From: Iphione sp. A-MEVVRFRX5
Lineage: Eukaryota
DNA: 64,000 nucleotides
Direction of reading: 5' to 3'
Assembly: GCA_976226885.1 (NCBI GenBank)
Contig: OZ320314.1
Coordinates: 20,832,001 to 20,896,000 of the forward strand
Shown in pieces: positions 42,201 to 55,949 of the stretch (positions within the stretch are counted from its first letter, which is position 1; every line of letters begins with the position of its first letter). Position numbers and translations under genes: made by a program. The notes under the pieces are model-generated. The model had not been told where the DNA came from. It did no database searches and saw only the letters and a program-made list of their open reading frames with translations.

Positions 42201-42967
42201 AATGCTGGAGTTATATGTGTATGTATGCAATAGTCTCTTCGTTGGAGATTATGTACTCAGAGCCGATTCTCAGATAAAGGTAAATAAGTAAATCTGGCAC
42301 ACATATAGGTTTCCCCACGAAAGCGCTGTCAGTGTTGACACCTAGCTCTCAAAAGCGTCGATTGCATTACGATGGATTACAGATATTTAACACCCCCACC
42401 ACCGGAACAGAAATCGACAAACGGCTTTTATCCTTCGTTAAAAATGACCCCCTTTTCTCGTGGTGTTGAAAGATTGCTTCATTTGGGAAACATTGACCAT
42501 CGCACCTTAGTTCGCATTTTAGAATGTTGTTCTACGTGGCAACTTTAGACGGCAAGGAAATTCCCAGCTTCCTCATGTCACACACTCCTACCTCCCAGAG
42601 GGGAGCTGGGGACGACGTCACAGGGTAGTGTAGGCGCTGGAAGGTCATTATCCATTGTTGAGTGTCGTTGAAAATCTGAGGTCGTCTGGATTAATGCCTT
42701 TTCCGTCGGTTAAAGCCGGCGGCTATGTCGCTATGTGTCATTGTTGATACCGTTGTTGGACGTGCGGTGGCGTAACATCAGCACAGATTAGTAGCTGGAC
42801 CTTACGTCACCCGCCGGCCGTACGCATGCAGCGGGGGGGGGGGGGAGGGGGCTGTATCCGATGAAGCGGTAAGATGCCACCAGAAGCCAAAAAGCAAGCC
42901 CGTGCTGTTAGACGGGTTTTTTCCTGCGGAACTTTACCTTGGCAGCAGCTCACAAGATGTCTCCTTA

Positions 42968-43268
42968 GGCACTATTCACATGTAGCCATCAAAAAGTTAC
43001 ACTAACGGATCCGTTTGCATAGCTGCCCCCGCCCTCCGTGTTTTACACTAGTTCATGACTTCTATATGCGCACCAGATGTGTTTCACTATAGAAGTCTAC
43101 GAGATATGCATCCGTTTGCATAGAAAAAAACATCTCTCCCGGGTTCTTACATACAGATGTGTTTGCATAGTCTATGGACACATCTGAATGAGTTAGTTGA
43201 TTACGGCTTAAAACATACATAAATGAATCCATTGGGGTTACTGAATATGGATACATGTGAAGGGCCCC
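42968..43268. mobile_element. MITE, family B (PIF/Harbinger-like termini)
   Basis: tta|GGCACTATTCACATGTAGCC … GGATACATGTGAAGGGCCCC|taa inverted termini; internal repeats of CCGTTTGCATAG / GTGTTTGCATAG. Confidence 0.7.
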
Positions 43269-43711
43269 TAAGTGTTTACACTACCCTATGAAAACATTGC
43301 GGGGAATGAGTCCTGTGTGTGATGACAAATCTTTTACGAAGAGTGAGGCTATGTATCAGTGGGCAATGTGTTCAGTGAGGAAAAAGGGCTTTCTAAGGTG
43401 CTGTTTACATACAGTTGGACAAAAAAATCTGCGTCCGTGTTTTGATGCTGAGGCCCCTCCTGCTGTTTTGTGATTTTAATTGCCATCGTATGGTCTGTTG
43501 ATGTCTCTTAACCATTGCGTTCTATGGGAATCCACGTGCAGGTCCAGATTTTTTCCATGTTTGCTGGATAAAAACCTGCACCCGTGTGCAGACGCGGAAA
43601 GGTCTGTGCATATGTAAATGGCTACAAGAGTAAAAGCAGGGATTGAAAAATATCCACACCCATGTCTAGACGTGGAACGGAAAAATCCAGCTGTATGGGA
43701 ACAGCATCTTA

Positions 43712-44013
43712 GGCTTAATTTCCACGCATGTCTGTAGCGTGTAGTGTATTTTAGTGCTGAGGAGTACCAGGAAAAGTAATATTATGTCAGCTTTTGCACG
43801 TGTAGGGTGTTCATCATGTTTCACTTCAGTAGGTAACCATTGGAGACAGGGGAGCATGGCCAATCGGGACACTGTCCAATCAGGAAACATGCTACATGTG
43901 CACACACTACGTGTGTGCATGGAAGCATTCCTATTGTTTCCCTAGGTCTAAAATCAGTCTGTTGAAAATATGTCATCATGGCCATGAAAACATGCTTGCA
44001 TGGAAATTAAGCC
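43712..44013 (+). mobile_element. MITE, family A (PIF/Harbinger-like termini)
   Basis: tta|GGCTTAATTTCCACGCATG … CATGCTTGCATGGAAATTAAGCC|taa, with about 13 bp of perfect TIR; second copy at 1026-1321. Confidence 0.8.
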
Positions 44014-45391
44014 TAAAAAGAGAAAGACATTACACCTAGTGCAAGTTTTAAATAGAGGGTGGAGGGGTTCGACCAACAAATGGATAGTGTTGAGATGTGC
44101 TGTCATAGCAACATCCTGCGTCTGTAAGTGAGATGAGTTGTGCTAATTGGGGTCTCCAAGCCCCAACAGAGCACTTAGAGGACCTCTCTCTGCAGCAGCC
44201 TCATGCAAACATTACTTAATAGATTTTAACTGTTTGAAACCTGTGAGTGCACAGAAGTATAGTTCACATTATGTTGGCCATTTCTTGAAGCTACAAAGGG
44301 TTTCCTAATGGTTGATTTATGAATACAACAAGCCCTCGGCAAGGCTCTTAAAATAAAATACGTGTACACATAGCGCGCTTATATATGTTTGAAATTACAT
44401 GTATTAAGGTTATATGGGGCCTTCGGGGCTGTTGCCTTACTATTGTAGACGCATACCTCTTGATAGTCATGTGTTATTTCTCCCTGATAACTGGTTTCAG
44501 TATACAGTATTAACGTTATTTCTTCAGTGTTCAATCAGGATTCACAAGTTTCTTATATCTTTTGCGAACCTCAACATTGTGCTCACGAAACCTTTGGTAT
44601 AATTTTTATACAGAGATTTATACAATACAAATATTAAATTTTAAACCGTTGTTTCCCATCTACTCCTTGCCAAATAGATTTCTTCTCGGCACGCTTTTAT
44701 TTTAGTTCGTCTCCGAGTCCAAATTCGAACATATAATGTCAGACGTAGAGAAGATCACCGATTCGATTAAAATGTAATTTTTAATTAGAGCCAGTATTAG
44801 AAATATGGAAGGATGCCAGAACTAGGTTAAGATGGAATGACAAATCACCGACAATGGGAGATCATCGGACACTTTGGTTAGCATGTGAATGGAAATTATA
44901 TAGGTAGCAGGTTAAAGTTCATAGCAATGAAGTTACTTATTCTACTTGTAGGTAACCTTATCTAAATATTGTTTCGGACTTCCTAGATCGGGGTAATGGT
45001 ATCCAGGACAATCCAGGATTAAACGTCTGACATGAAGTGTGGTTGAACCATAGAACACGCTATCATGCTGCCTGAAGTGGATTTTATCGATTACGTATTT
45101 TAACATGTACTAGTGAATGGACCGTGCGATGCACGGAGAATTTAGGGCATGTGTCACCTGATGGATCCCCCCAAGAAATATACATTCATATTATTACCTT
45201 ATTACAAGCTTATTTGATGAGCACTCAGTTTGAAGCGTATTGCCCAACGTTGGACACTCTGAAGTCGCCATAACTTCGACACGCTTTTAATCTTGTTTTT
45301 ATTTGGTAAGGCAAACACCGTGGGCCATGATGACCCCGTGGACACACCTCTCACCTGTGTGAGGCTAATATAACGATTTATCCTCTTCCAG

Positions 45392-45839
45392 GGGCGTGCC
45401 CAGTGGCGCCGTCTGCCGGCAAGATAGCATGGACGACGCGCGCAGCGTGGGCAGCAGTCACGGCCGATCCAGCCACAGCAGCCACTCCCACCACAGCCAC
45501 AGGTCCTCGTCGGGCCGCCGGCTCCGTAGCCATAGCAAGGCCGAGCATGCGCACGGTAGCGGCAGCGGCGCCAGAGACGACGACGACGATCCGCACAGGA
45601 AGAGGGAAAGGCGTAGAAGGAGCGAAGACTACCGTCACCACCAACATCAACACCAACAGCAGCAACACCCACATGAGTACCGTACCCAGAGAGAACGCTA
45701 TCCGCAGCAGCAACAGCCACCATCCGAACTAGGGGGACCTCTGGGGCCGAAAGGCCGCGTTCAAGAGAAGGAAGGGTCAACTTGCAAGTTGGACAAGGGG
45801 GAAATTGCCAAGATGTACCTCGATACCAAGCAAAACATG
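45392..45839 (+). CDS. Internal coding exon of an unidentified large gene; Ser/His/Arg/Gln-rich disordered segment ending …DKGEIAKMYLDTKQNM
   Basis: Acceptor tcctcttccag|G (phase 2), 149 open codons with high GC3, donor ATG|GTAAAT (phase 0). Composition drops to AT-rich exactly at the donor. Internal agcATGG start at 45429 (MDDARS…). Confidence 0.9.
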
Positions 45840-48800
45840 GTAAATATCTATTTTAAGTCTTCAGCCGTTTACTCAAAACATGTGGTTATATATAGGCACA
45901 TTTTCTTTAAACGTAACCATGCATCACAGAGCTTCTCACTTCATACCTTGAATTCTCTTTTCCGTGCATGAAAAGTGTCATTACATTATGTATACGCGTG
46001 CCGTGTCAAAGCGACTCGGAACAGAAGCCTGAGGCAGGTACTGCCACCGGAAGCAGTGACCTTTGCAGTGCTGCAACTAGTGTTGTAAAAAAAATCTGAT
46101 GGACTTGAAAAGAGAATACTTAATTCCTCTGACCCAGAAATAGACGAGACAACAAAAGAAATTAATGTTGGTGGGAATATCGAAGGGACGCTCAGTTTAA
46201 AATGAAAGCAAAGTGGATGGTTGTAAGAAACAATAAGACACCTAAATTTGCGAACCATAATGTGGATAGTATACATACCTGAAAAGTGTAGCTGCAAACT
46301 TCAAAGATCCTCAATAATGGCACATATTAGAAAGAAAAAACTTATGATAAAAGAAAAGAATTCTATTTGTTTCGATTGAGGTAGGGCAGTGTTTTGTGCA
46401 ACAACCGCGAAGGACACTTTTTGGAACAGGTACATGTATCCCTTGGTCATGTTTTTCATATAACGATACCTCAATTAAGATTTCCTGCATAATATTCATC
46501 TATCAGCGAGTGGATTCAGAATACATATAAAACTACAAGTTGTTGTAAAGTACACGGTATGAGTTTGAGCGAGAATAGCCGGAGTACATGTACATGGCTG
46601 CTGGTAGCATTATTGTGCAGTGGCTTTAAGTTGAGCATGCTCCTGTTGAAATGCACAGTCAGTCAACACGCAGCTATTATTGGATCTCTGATAATAGCGC
46701 CGTGCCCCAGCCAGGTCTAGGATTATATATAAGGACACGGGTCGACACACACGCTGTATATGTTTATATATGTACATGCATTTTGTCTAGTCTTGTTGAT
46801 AGCATGCTGAGTGTAGACACACCACATTTTTTTCTAGTTCCCCAATCACGAATACACCGTTCTTCTTGAGACCCTCGGTGTGTGAGCATGGCATGATGTA
46901 CCTATCAATCTTTTAACCAAAGGACTTGATCTAAACTATTTTACGCGTGAGCAGTACTGACAGTCAGATTTTTTTATTCACCAAAGCAGAGAACTGACAC
47001 AAAACTCAGCTCAAATGCACGATATACGCCACCGCCGCCGCCACCGCCCCCTAAAAATAGGGCATTGTGGGAGATGTGCTTGCTTACCCTTCAGGGGATT
47101 CCCCTCTATGGGAAGATTCGGGGAGGGAGCAGGGTTAACCCCAACATGCGAAGGTGTAACGCATGGCTGGGCTGGTAGTGTCCTACACTATCTTGACATT
47201 GGATGGCTGAAATCACGCGAACGCACGCTATGGTGTCTCGTGCCGGAGTTCACTGCCGTTTGGTCTGGGTCGAGACTGACCAAGCTGTACCTTGCGTAGG
47301 TCGCTAGGTTAGTCCGGTCGGTGTAATCGATAGGATAGGCCATTTTGTTCGTGTCCCTTTATTGATTCCTTGTGATAGCAGTATCGAAATGTTACTAGTA
47401 GTGCGTGACAAAGGACATCCTGTCAGGAACCATGTATTCTACTTTCATGTCACGATTTTCAAATGGGTCGGGCTCGCAAATGTGGACATTAAATACATTT
47501 AAGACTTTATAATATCTGTCCATCTTATGACGTGACAACTAAATTGTTTATTTTGCCAAGCAAGTGGTTAATATATTGCATACTCTGGTGCTTGAGAATT
47601 ATTAAGAGAACGAGTCAAAGACGGTGGTTGCATCGTAGTTATATAGTTCTATATAACTCCGCTGGTGATTGTTTTTACTGCACCTTGTGGCGCCACCTTG
47701 TGTTAAAGAGTGAACAGTCAGTCGCACGGGTGAGTCATGAATCGTCCCTTTGCATTACACAGCTGACAAAGAGCAACAGGTTGATTACAGAATGAGTTGA
47801 TGTGTTTAAAAGAAGTAGGCCATATGTTATAATTCGTTCATATATAATTGCACATCGGTGGAGTGATCGCTGGGAAAGAAAGGTCCTCAAGACGAGAGTT
47901 AATGCTTTAAATTCATATTCGGCAGCTCATGAAACATAAGAAGAACATGCTGATGCTGCTTACGACCCATGTGACATAAGAGGAAACTCGGTTATTTGCA
48001 CGGTTTTAGATGCATGTATGCTGTGCAACACTTGGTAGACTTCTAGATTGTTATTTATTGGTCTTTAACGGTCAGATTTCTGCCACTCAAAAGTCAGACT
48101 GCTGGCCATAGTCAGAAAGTAGCCATTTTCTGTGCAGAAGATTTCAATTACGATAACCGGGCGGTTTGAATGTAGTCAAACGCGTCAGTTGTCGACACAG
48201 CTAGTGTAGATTCGGCTTGGTAGGCGTACAACATGATGACAGTTGACTGGATGACGGTTGGTCGGCTCCCTCGCCCGTCGAGGATCGCGCGCGCGCGCGC
48301 CCAGACAGGTGCCTGTTCACGGCGGCAGGTGGTGCTAGATGATCCACCCTCACCCTTCTTACCTGAGTGGATATCAGGCGACAGGTGTGCCGGCAAGATT
48401 CGCCAAGCCTCACCGTCACCATCTTCACTCGCTGCCCCCCCCCCAGCGGTACTCGGCCACCCACCGCACCTTCATCTTTAATCTGCTCAGGCAACCCATC
48501 CCAAACCAACTAGGACTAGCCCCCCTTTTGCCGTCTGCTTATTTTAGTTCCCCCGTCCACAGCTTACATAATGTTTACCGGACTTATTTTTCTCCTGGGC
48601 AAACAACCCTCATGACACCTTTTAGTGACCAACGTAAAGTGGAATTGGCTGCGAGAAATGACAGCTTAATCTGGTTTATTGGAAAGATGGACAGTTTAGG
48701 TGGCGCGGTGCTGAGGCCGGCCATACCGGGAACTAACGTGATAAAATATTCACAAAACCATGGTTTTCTATGTAGGAAACAGGGATAGCAGACACATAGG

Positions 48801-51800
48801 ATCCTACTTATGCCTTACAGGACGTGACTGTGTATGAACGGGAATGACGCTTTTCTATTCCTGCTGATTAATCGGTTTCTAGAACCTGGCCGCTCCGCCT
48901 TTCGTTTTAACCCGGCGACCCCAAGACACCTTCTCACGCTCGTTGGTGTACATCGTAACAGCTGGTCCACCCCTTCCTCCCTTCCATTGTTCTCTGCTCC
49001 CCACCACCGCCCAGTCCCAGGCTATTCGAAACTTCGGATGCTCTCAGGTTTTTTCTCCCTTTCCACCGGGGCCTGTTGTACGAGCCTGTGACATCTTGCC
49101 ACGGCCTGTGGGAGATGAAAAGCTGTTTTTGTTCGAATAAGACAGTCAGTTATCTGTCGCACTGTTCTCGTAGTGGCCACTAATACTCTGGCAGGGAACA
49201 CCTGAACGTATGCACCTGTGCAGCTATGTGTTCCATATTAAACAAGTCGTATTGGCTTTCGCTATAGGGTAGCAGCAAACAGTGCCATTCTCAGGTGACA
49301 CTTTAGGAATGAATCACACTTATGATAACGGTATGCCCATGAAATGCACGTGTGTTTCGGACAGGGACATCTGCAGGGCTCGTACCAATAGTATTCGATT
49401 GCCTGTAGAATTTTCGCGAATATTCCTTCTACTATATGATCATGTGCACACGCAGTCGATATATCTTGTTCACATATAACCAGATTTTTTCATTGAACCA
49501 GCCATTGCAGGTACATTGTTGGAGGTTTTGACAACGTGATGAGTGTTGTACACTTATGTGGCCGTTTGTAATCTAACATCGCAAGAACCTACTCTTTCGT
49601 TGTGGGGTGCTAGTAATCTGATTCCATCTAATTTGGTTTATGCGAGGCCTATGTCGGTCCGTTCTGTAGATGAGAAGCATGTGACTTTCTTGAAATTCAC
49701 TGGCCTCTCAGCAGGTGTTGCGGCTACATGCTGTCAGGCCTTGTTTGCGGCGCCTTTGGTGAGGACATGTAGAGGCCGCCTGTAGGCTGCGAGAGGCCTA
49801 TTCTCACGTTACGCTGTGACGCCGCCTGGTGGCCACGGAGCGAACTGCAGTGGGCGAGGTTTAACTCGGGCTCCTGCTGTTCTTGTGCTTACTGTTTGAT
49901 GGAAGCTCCGAGCTCCAATCCCGGAACTATTGTCCGTGGTGCCTATGCCAGTTTTATTGGCTGCTGGGCGTCGCAGGACTTTTGGGTTGTTTGCCAGGTG
50001 TGAAAGGCCCATCCATCAGTGGGGATCAACACACTTGTAATGACAGGTGTGGCCCACGTTGATGTTTGAGTGATGGATGAACGCAGCCAGTTTGCGCCAT
50101 AGGTAACAGGTGGCGCCAGGGGCGTTAAAAAGTGTGAGGTCCAAGGCGCCCCATTACGCCAGCCCGCATTAGCAAAGAACAACACATGGACTGTCACGAC
50201 GAGAAAATATCTGGCTTACGAAAACTAGGGAGCATAGCTTCTACATAAAACCCCACACAGCCCCATTTCGATCGACTGAGAGTAGAAGAAAGTTTTTCAC
50301 TGCCACCTCGCGGCCATCTCTTTATTACTTTGAGTTGTCATGACGGCCGTGGAATTAAGTGCCAGGTGTTCGTTCTGTTGTCATTTTTTGGGGAATGATT
50401 TGGCACACAGAAGGGTTTCTATGGGCTCTTCCCTCACACACAGAAGGCTAGTTGCTTGCCAATGGGGCTATCTAAGTTGACCCACCAGAGGAATCTGACG
50501 CCGTTATTTTTTTTAACCAAGCGAAAAGGTTCTCTCTTTTTTGTGCTTTTACCGGCCTGTAAGGCGACAAGGTAGCCTACTCTGTGTTTTATTGCATTTT
50601 TATATTCACAAAGTGCTTATCGGCACTTTATTATACTGTGAACAAACATGGAGTATCCGACGAGGCGCTGTCGTTTAGAATAGTATATGAACGCCTTGAA
50701 GACAGGACATACCTCGCTCTTGGAGTAGCTAGTCTCGGAGGCTTTGACATGAAAAGAAGAGGACGCTTGGGCCAGTTGTCAAGTTACCTGTCATTAAAGC
50801 CAACACCAATCTTGGGGTGGTCCGTTTCAGAAGACAAATGATTTTGGGCCACGAACATTGGCTTCTTCGGGGTAGTTTATTTAATGTGACAGACTCGGGT
50901 GTCCGCTCCTTATTAATTGCTCTAGTAACTGCCTTTACAAGCTTCTCGTCTCCCTATCAGCAAACGTGTCCAAATGGCCGCACCTTTTTCACCACCCCAT
51001 CACTCTTCATCCTCTATCTGTCGCCGTTTCCCGCACCAACCACTACTGAACCCCTCTCAGCAAGTCACTCCTTCCACTTTACCACCGAGCCCTGTGAAGT
51101 GGTGATTTTTTTCATTAGATTCACCGGGGCGGCCCCTTCGCAGCGGTCCTACGTCGGAACTAAAAGATGCTTTCTTTTTTTGGCAGTAGTGGCTGTAGGC
51201 CGCTGGGACAGGTGCATGTAGGACTGTGTACACAAGGAGACGGTGGGCGTGGCCTGGGGCCACCGCCCTCCATGCCGCTCATTACGTGGACGGGGCTAGT
51301 ATGACGAAGGCTACCCGTCCCTTACCCCTAGGAAGACTGCTATAGAAGCTTAGAAACCATCTTAGTTTATGATGCCCCATATTTGCAGATGAACACTCTG
51401 AACTGCTTTTGTCCTTTTGTAGCTAGTTAATCGATTGCAAATGTCGGGACAGAATGTATCATTCCTATGTAGAACGTAATGTACAGATGAAACACATGCC
51501 GGGAACGGGATTCTGCCAGTATGTACATGTTTGGGAATCTTTAGTGAAGTAACGGCCAGAGAGAAGATCTCTCCCACAGCTGGCGGTGCGGAGGAAGGGG
51601 AAGAGGTAGAGGTAGGGGGCAGAGGGGGCACTGACATAACAACTGGCAGTGACGAGTAGCCCTCAGGGTGACAGCCGGTAAATGACATCTAACGGGAACA
51701 GTTGCCAACCTTTGGGAGGTAACTATTCTGGGGAGAGGTAGGCCGAGTGAGAGCCTTCCAACACCCCTTACTTCCGCACCGTCACCAGCTCGTCCATAAC

Positions 51801-51810
51801 GACGTCAAGT

Positions 51811-51995
51811 NNNNNNNNNNNNNNNNNNNNNNNNNNNNNNNNNNNNNNNNNNNNNNNNNNNNNNNNNNNNNNNNNNNNNNNNNNNNNNNNNNNNNNNNNN
51901 NNNNNNNNNNNNNNNNNNNNNNNNNNNNNNNNNNNNNNNNNNNNNNNNNNNNNNNNNNNNNNNNNNNNNNNNNNNNNNNNNNNNNNNNNNNNNNN
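51811..51995. other. Assembly gap (N run)
   Basis: Run of 185 N. Confidence 0.99.
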
Positions 51996-53304
51996 TTCAC
52001 CTGCCCTACACGGACATTGGCCGCAATGGCCTGCCCCTCCTTTCCGTCCTGTGTTATGTTCTTACCGGGCAGAACAGTGAAACCCCATACTAACAGCGAG
52101 GCCACACATAGCTCCACCGCTACAGCAGATGTCGCGTTGTCTGTGTCAGTCAACTCCCCGCCTTGCTGACCACCTAATGCAAAAGGTACACGCTGACATA
52201 TTTCTATTTCTATACGTGTGTGGTCAGATTCCCGTATATATGGATAAGGCTAATGCACACACTTATGAACTGCGTCCCAGACAAAGCCTGTGAGAAGAAC
52301 AGAAGGGTTGACTATGACGCACGTCAGATCATGTACAATGTATCATTGTAACAGTTCCGACAAACTCCCCGTCAAGCCATTCGCTTTGATTTTTTTTCTC
52401 GTGTGCCTCACAAATCTAGTTTGTTTTGAAATTCTTTGTATATGTTTCCCTGGAGATTACACATACGTTTATGTATTCATATGTACATGTACATAACTGG
52501 CATGACAGATGATGTATGGAGCATGGTCGGTGAAAATGAGCAACCATATACGACCATCCCTGTATACCTGCCAAGTAGATTATAACCAGATTTAATAGGG
52601 CCATTTTGCCCAGGATGTCGTAAATTCATAAAAACGTCGTAACCAGATGGTCCTCTTTGGCGTTGTCATGATTGGCGGAGGTAATAACAATTTCCGCACG
52701 TCACAGGTTCTGCAAGCCGTTTACCCTCATGATGCGGATGCACATATGCATGTATTTATGTAGGTATATATAGACAAATACCCACAGACAGAAAGTTTCG
52801 TCCTCGCTGGCGTATTCATAGATACCAGCCAAGTCAATAGGCGTCGCACGCTCCATACACCCTTCCCCTACCGTCGTTTGCCCTCATAGCTCATACTGCC
52901 AATGCCCTCCCACTCTGCACCTTCCCCGAGGCTAACCTCTACCCGGCATTTACTCCCCCGCCTCTTGTACCGTATGTACTGTCCCCATTTTCTCACTGGC
53001 GTTTCGTATAGCTGCCGCCTCGCGGCGCCACTGTGCTAGTCTTCATCTTGGCGTTGCGATATCGGCACGCATGCTCAGCTCCTGTCAGCATGCGTTAACA
53101 CACGCATGTTTGACCAGTACTCCTCAGTGTCGGTTCATCCGTCGCGCAGAAACTAACGCGCACACAAGCAGCCCGATGGCAAGAGCACATGTGATGTGTT
53201 TGCATATATGAAGACAGCAACGTCATCGCCGTCTATGTTGTATTGTCGACAAAGCCTGTGCAGTGGTGGGAGCTAGTGGAGAAATAGGCAGGACAAAAGG
53301 ATGG

Positions 53305-53400
53305 TAGGGGGCTGGCGGCGGCGGCCATGTATGGTTATATAAGCCCTGCCTTGTACCCGGCGGGAGGCGGACGTGGAGTGAGGAGTCGTCTCACCTGCCA
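53305..53400 (+). promoter_or_regulatory. Candidate internal TATA promoter
   Basis: TATATAA at 53336-53342 between GC-rich runs. Downstream donors are GTG|GTACGG at 53589 (phase 0 from ATG 53488) and CAG|GTTAGT at 53838. Confidence 0.35.
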
Positions 53401-54586
53401 GTCACCCTCGGCGCGGCCAGCAGGCAGCAGGCAGGACGGAGTCTGAACGTCCCGTCCGAGCAGGAGGAGGAGCGGATCTACATCTGCATGATACCATTGT
53501 CACTGCATGCTTCAAAGACCGACCGGTTCACTGGAGACCACCTTATAACAACATCGTTGACAACCTTCAGCCGTCCAATGGCAGGCGTGGTACGGACAAA
53601 CTCTTGCAGGAATTGTCTGACGTTGAACGTCGTTCGACCCAGCGCTGGTTAATGCCCAATGCTGCTACGCAAGGAATCGGACATATACTACTCAACATGC
53701 GTCACCGCTATCTGAATCTTGACGGTCTATCGGTTGGAACTATCTGTTGTTGGAAAAGTACAATTCATTGGCACTATAGAGTGTGATCGCCCCGATCTCT
53801 AGTCGAGGGACTTGCGGAACTTATACCCTTAAAAACAGGTTAGTAATACCTACGGCTGACGTGCTGCTGTCTTGTATATTGAAACTTCATCCAGACATTA
53901 TACACAGGTATACATATATCCTTATTTTAGTTGAAGTCTGCATAGTACTAGCATTGTCAGCGAGTTTAAAAGCAGTCAGTGTTTGAACACGTTCAACTGT
54001 TGGCCTGAATCTTACATGCACATGTATATCGCCTTATTTGCGGTACACTATTCACCCTTCCTTAACTGCATCGTCAGTAGCACCAGTTTGAAGTGGTGTT
54101 CTTTGTGTGGAGGTTACCTAGATATACACAGTTTATGTGCGAGAGGTTATACCTAGGCGGTCCCTTAATACATGTACCGTCGAACCTCGTTATCCGGAGA
54201 CCCTCTGTTTCATTGTACATGTAGGCGGAGAGAGGCACTATGTCTTGTAGGGTTGCCTAGTGCCTTTCTGCACACCTCTTGTGTCTGTTTACACGATTAC
54301 TGTGGCGGTGTGCCGCACTGTATCGCGTCGTTTCATGATGTGTGTGTATTCGGCTTAGGGTTTTTGTTGGATCGTGAATGTAGCGATGTCGACTAGGCCC
54401 TTGAGCCCCTCGCTACAAGCTGCGTCGGTGGACGAGGGTCGGGCGGGAGAGGGGCGTGCGTTTGGCCGCCTCCCAGGTGGACAATAGCCGGGTTAACACC
54501 TTCCATTAGAAGCAGGCGTATTCGTAGGTGATACCGGAGCAGCCGGACGGTCCTCTATTCTGTGAAATTATATCACCGGGAGAAAG

Positions 54587-54877
54587 ATGGCAGCCGGCGA
54601 CGAATCCCTGGGTCGCCATGGGGACCGCTGGTCATGTTTACTCACCGACCTGACCTTTTACTTTCCTCCGCACGTCAGATTACCATCCCCCCCCCCGACA
54701 GGTCAGCGCACCTTTCGCGACATGCCTTGTTGTCCCCCCCCCGAGCCTGATGACCACCTCAGCCCCCGAACAACTGCTGAACCCGCTGATGACGCTGACT
54801 CGCGCAAGCTTGACCGACTTCAGATGTCCTCACCCACGTTTTTACCTGTCTCTCGTTGTTTTTTCAACATCCCTTAA
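54587..54877 (+). other. CpG-rich 96-aa ORF MAAGDESLGRHG…, status unclear
   Basis: Good start context aagATGG and coding-like composition, but the only decent donor (CAG|GTCAGC, 54701) is phase 1 as sequenced. Confidence 0.2.
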
Positions 54878-55811
54878 ACGAAGAGAAGAGCAAGTCATCG
54901 CATAATCCATTAAAACACTGGCCCAAGACTAGAAGAGTGAGCTGCTTCTTGCAGTTCTCATGCAAAACGCGAAGCCGCACCCCCTCCCACTTTTAGTACC
55001 AGCACAGTTAGATATATGAGATAGAAACGTGTAATTATTGGACTGCGCATTTGCAAATTCAGTTAAACTGAACTAGTTTAACACTGCACACAGATGCGAA
55101 CGTTGTGTAGATATCAACGTTTACGAGAATCATCACCTAAAATATATGACTGAAATTATATACAAAGACTTTGCTGCACTTGCTTTACAAGAAACATCAT
55201 GATCATCGTATAGGGCTGTTGAGAACTTGGCCGGCTTGGGAATACAGCGTACGCTCAGCGGTGGTCATGATTTCAGTTTGGCTGACGAGAGGTGGGGCTT
55301 GTGGACGAAGGCACAACCAGCCGACACGTCAGCCTATAATTTGTCGGCCAGTTTATTGCCGTGTTAACTGAGTTAATGCCGTTATTGAGGCAGACGTCTA
55401 TCATCGACTGTTCGGCCGTTGTTGTTGATATGGTCGGTGGAGGGAGTGGCCAGTACTGTCATCCGATCCTTTGTCGCCGACCATCCATCACGTGACTGTG
55501 AACGTCCCCCTCGTCCGGTCGGTCCGTCCCTGGCGACGACAGACCAACACTTCCCCATACCTCCGGGGCCAGGCGGATGCGATCCCCGAGTGTACATCTG
55601 GACATGTGTCAGATGTATCTTGATTTATCAGGCCGGTCGCCCAACTCCCCCCGACCGGCTTAAATCCCTCCCGAAGAGTCAGAATCGTCCGTTGTCAAAA
55701 ACCCCAGCTGTGAATTCACCCCCGGGTATACGGTAGATGTGTCGCGGAAGCACCTGGCAGGGAATCTGGGTGACAAGATAGGAAACCTTGGGTCACAAAT
55801 GGCGCCTCCGA

Positions 55812-55949
55812 ATGCTGTTTGACCCCAGTGTCAGTCAATCGGCTGTTTTAGACGCCCCTGACAAACTCAGAACAGGCGAAGACGAAGGTCCAGCCTTAAA
55901 AAGGCGCTGTCCCTCCGGTCTTCCCCCGTTCGCCCCAGTAGTTGCAGTC
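55812..55949 (+). CDS. Candidate alternative first coding exon MLFDPSVSQSAVLDAPDKLRTGEDEGPALKRRCPSGLPPFAPVVAV, phase-0 donor to 63165
   Basis: Forty-six open codons ending GTC|GTAGGT; phase matches the 63165 acceptor. The exonic side of the donor is non-consensus. Confidence 0.3.

Noticed and set aside
43510-43711. Possible third MITE abutting family A
   Set aside because: Right end is terminus-like, but the left end does not form a convincing TIR.
45202-45780. Overlapping ORFs (192 aa and 111 aa on minus, 109 aa on plus)
   Set aside because: Shadows of the real exon's GC-rich, repetitive codons.
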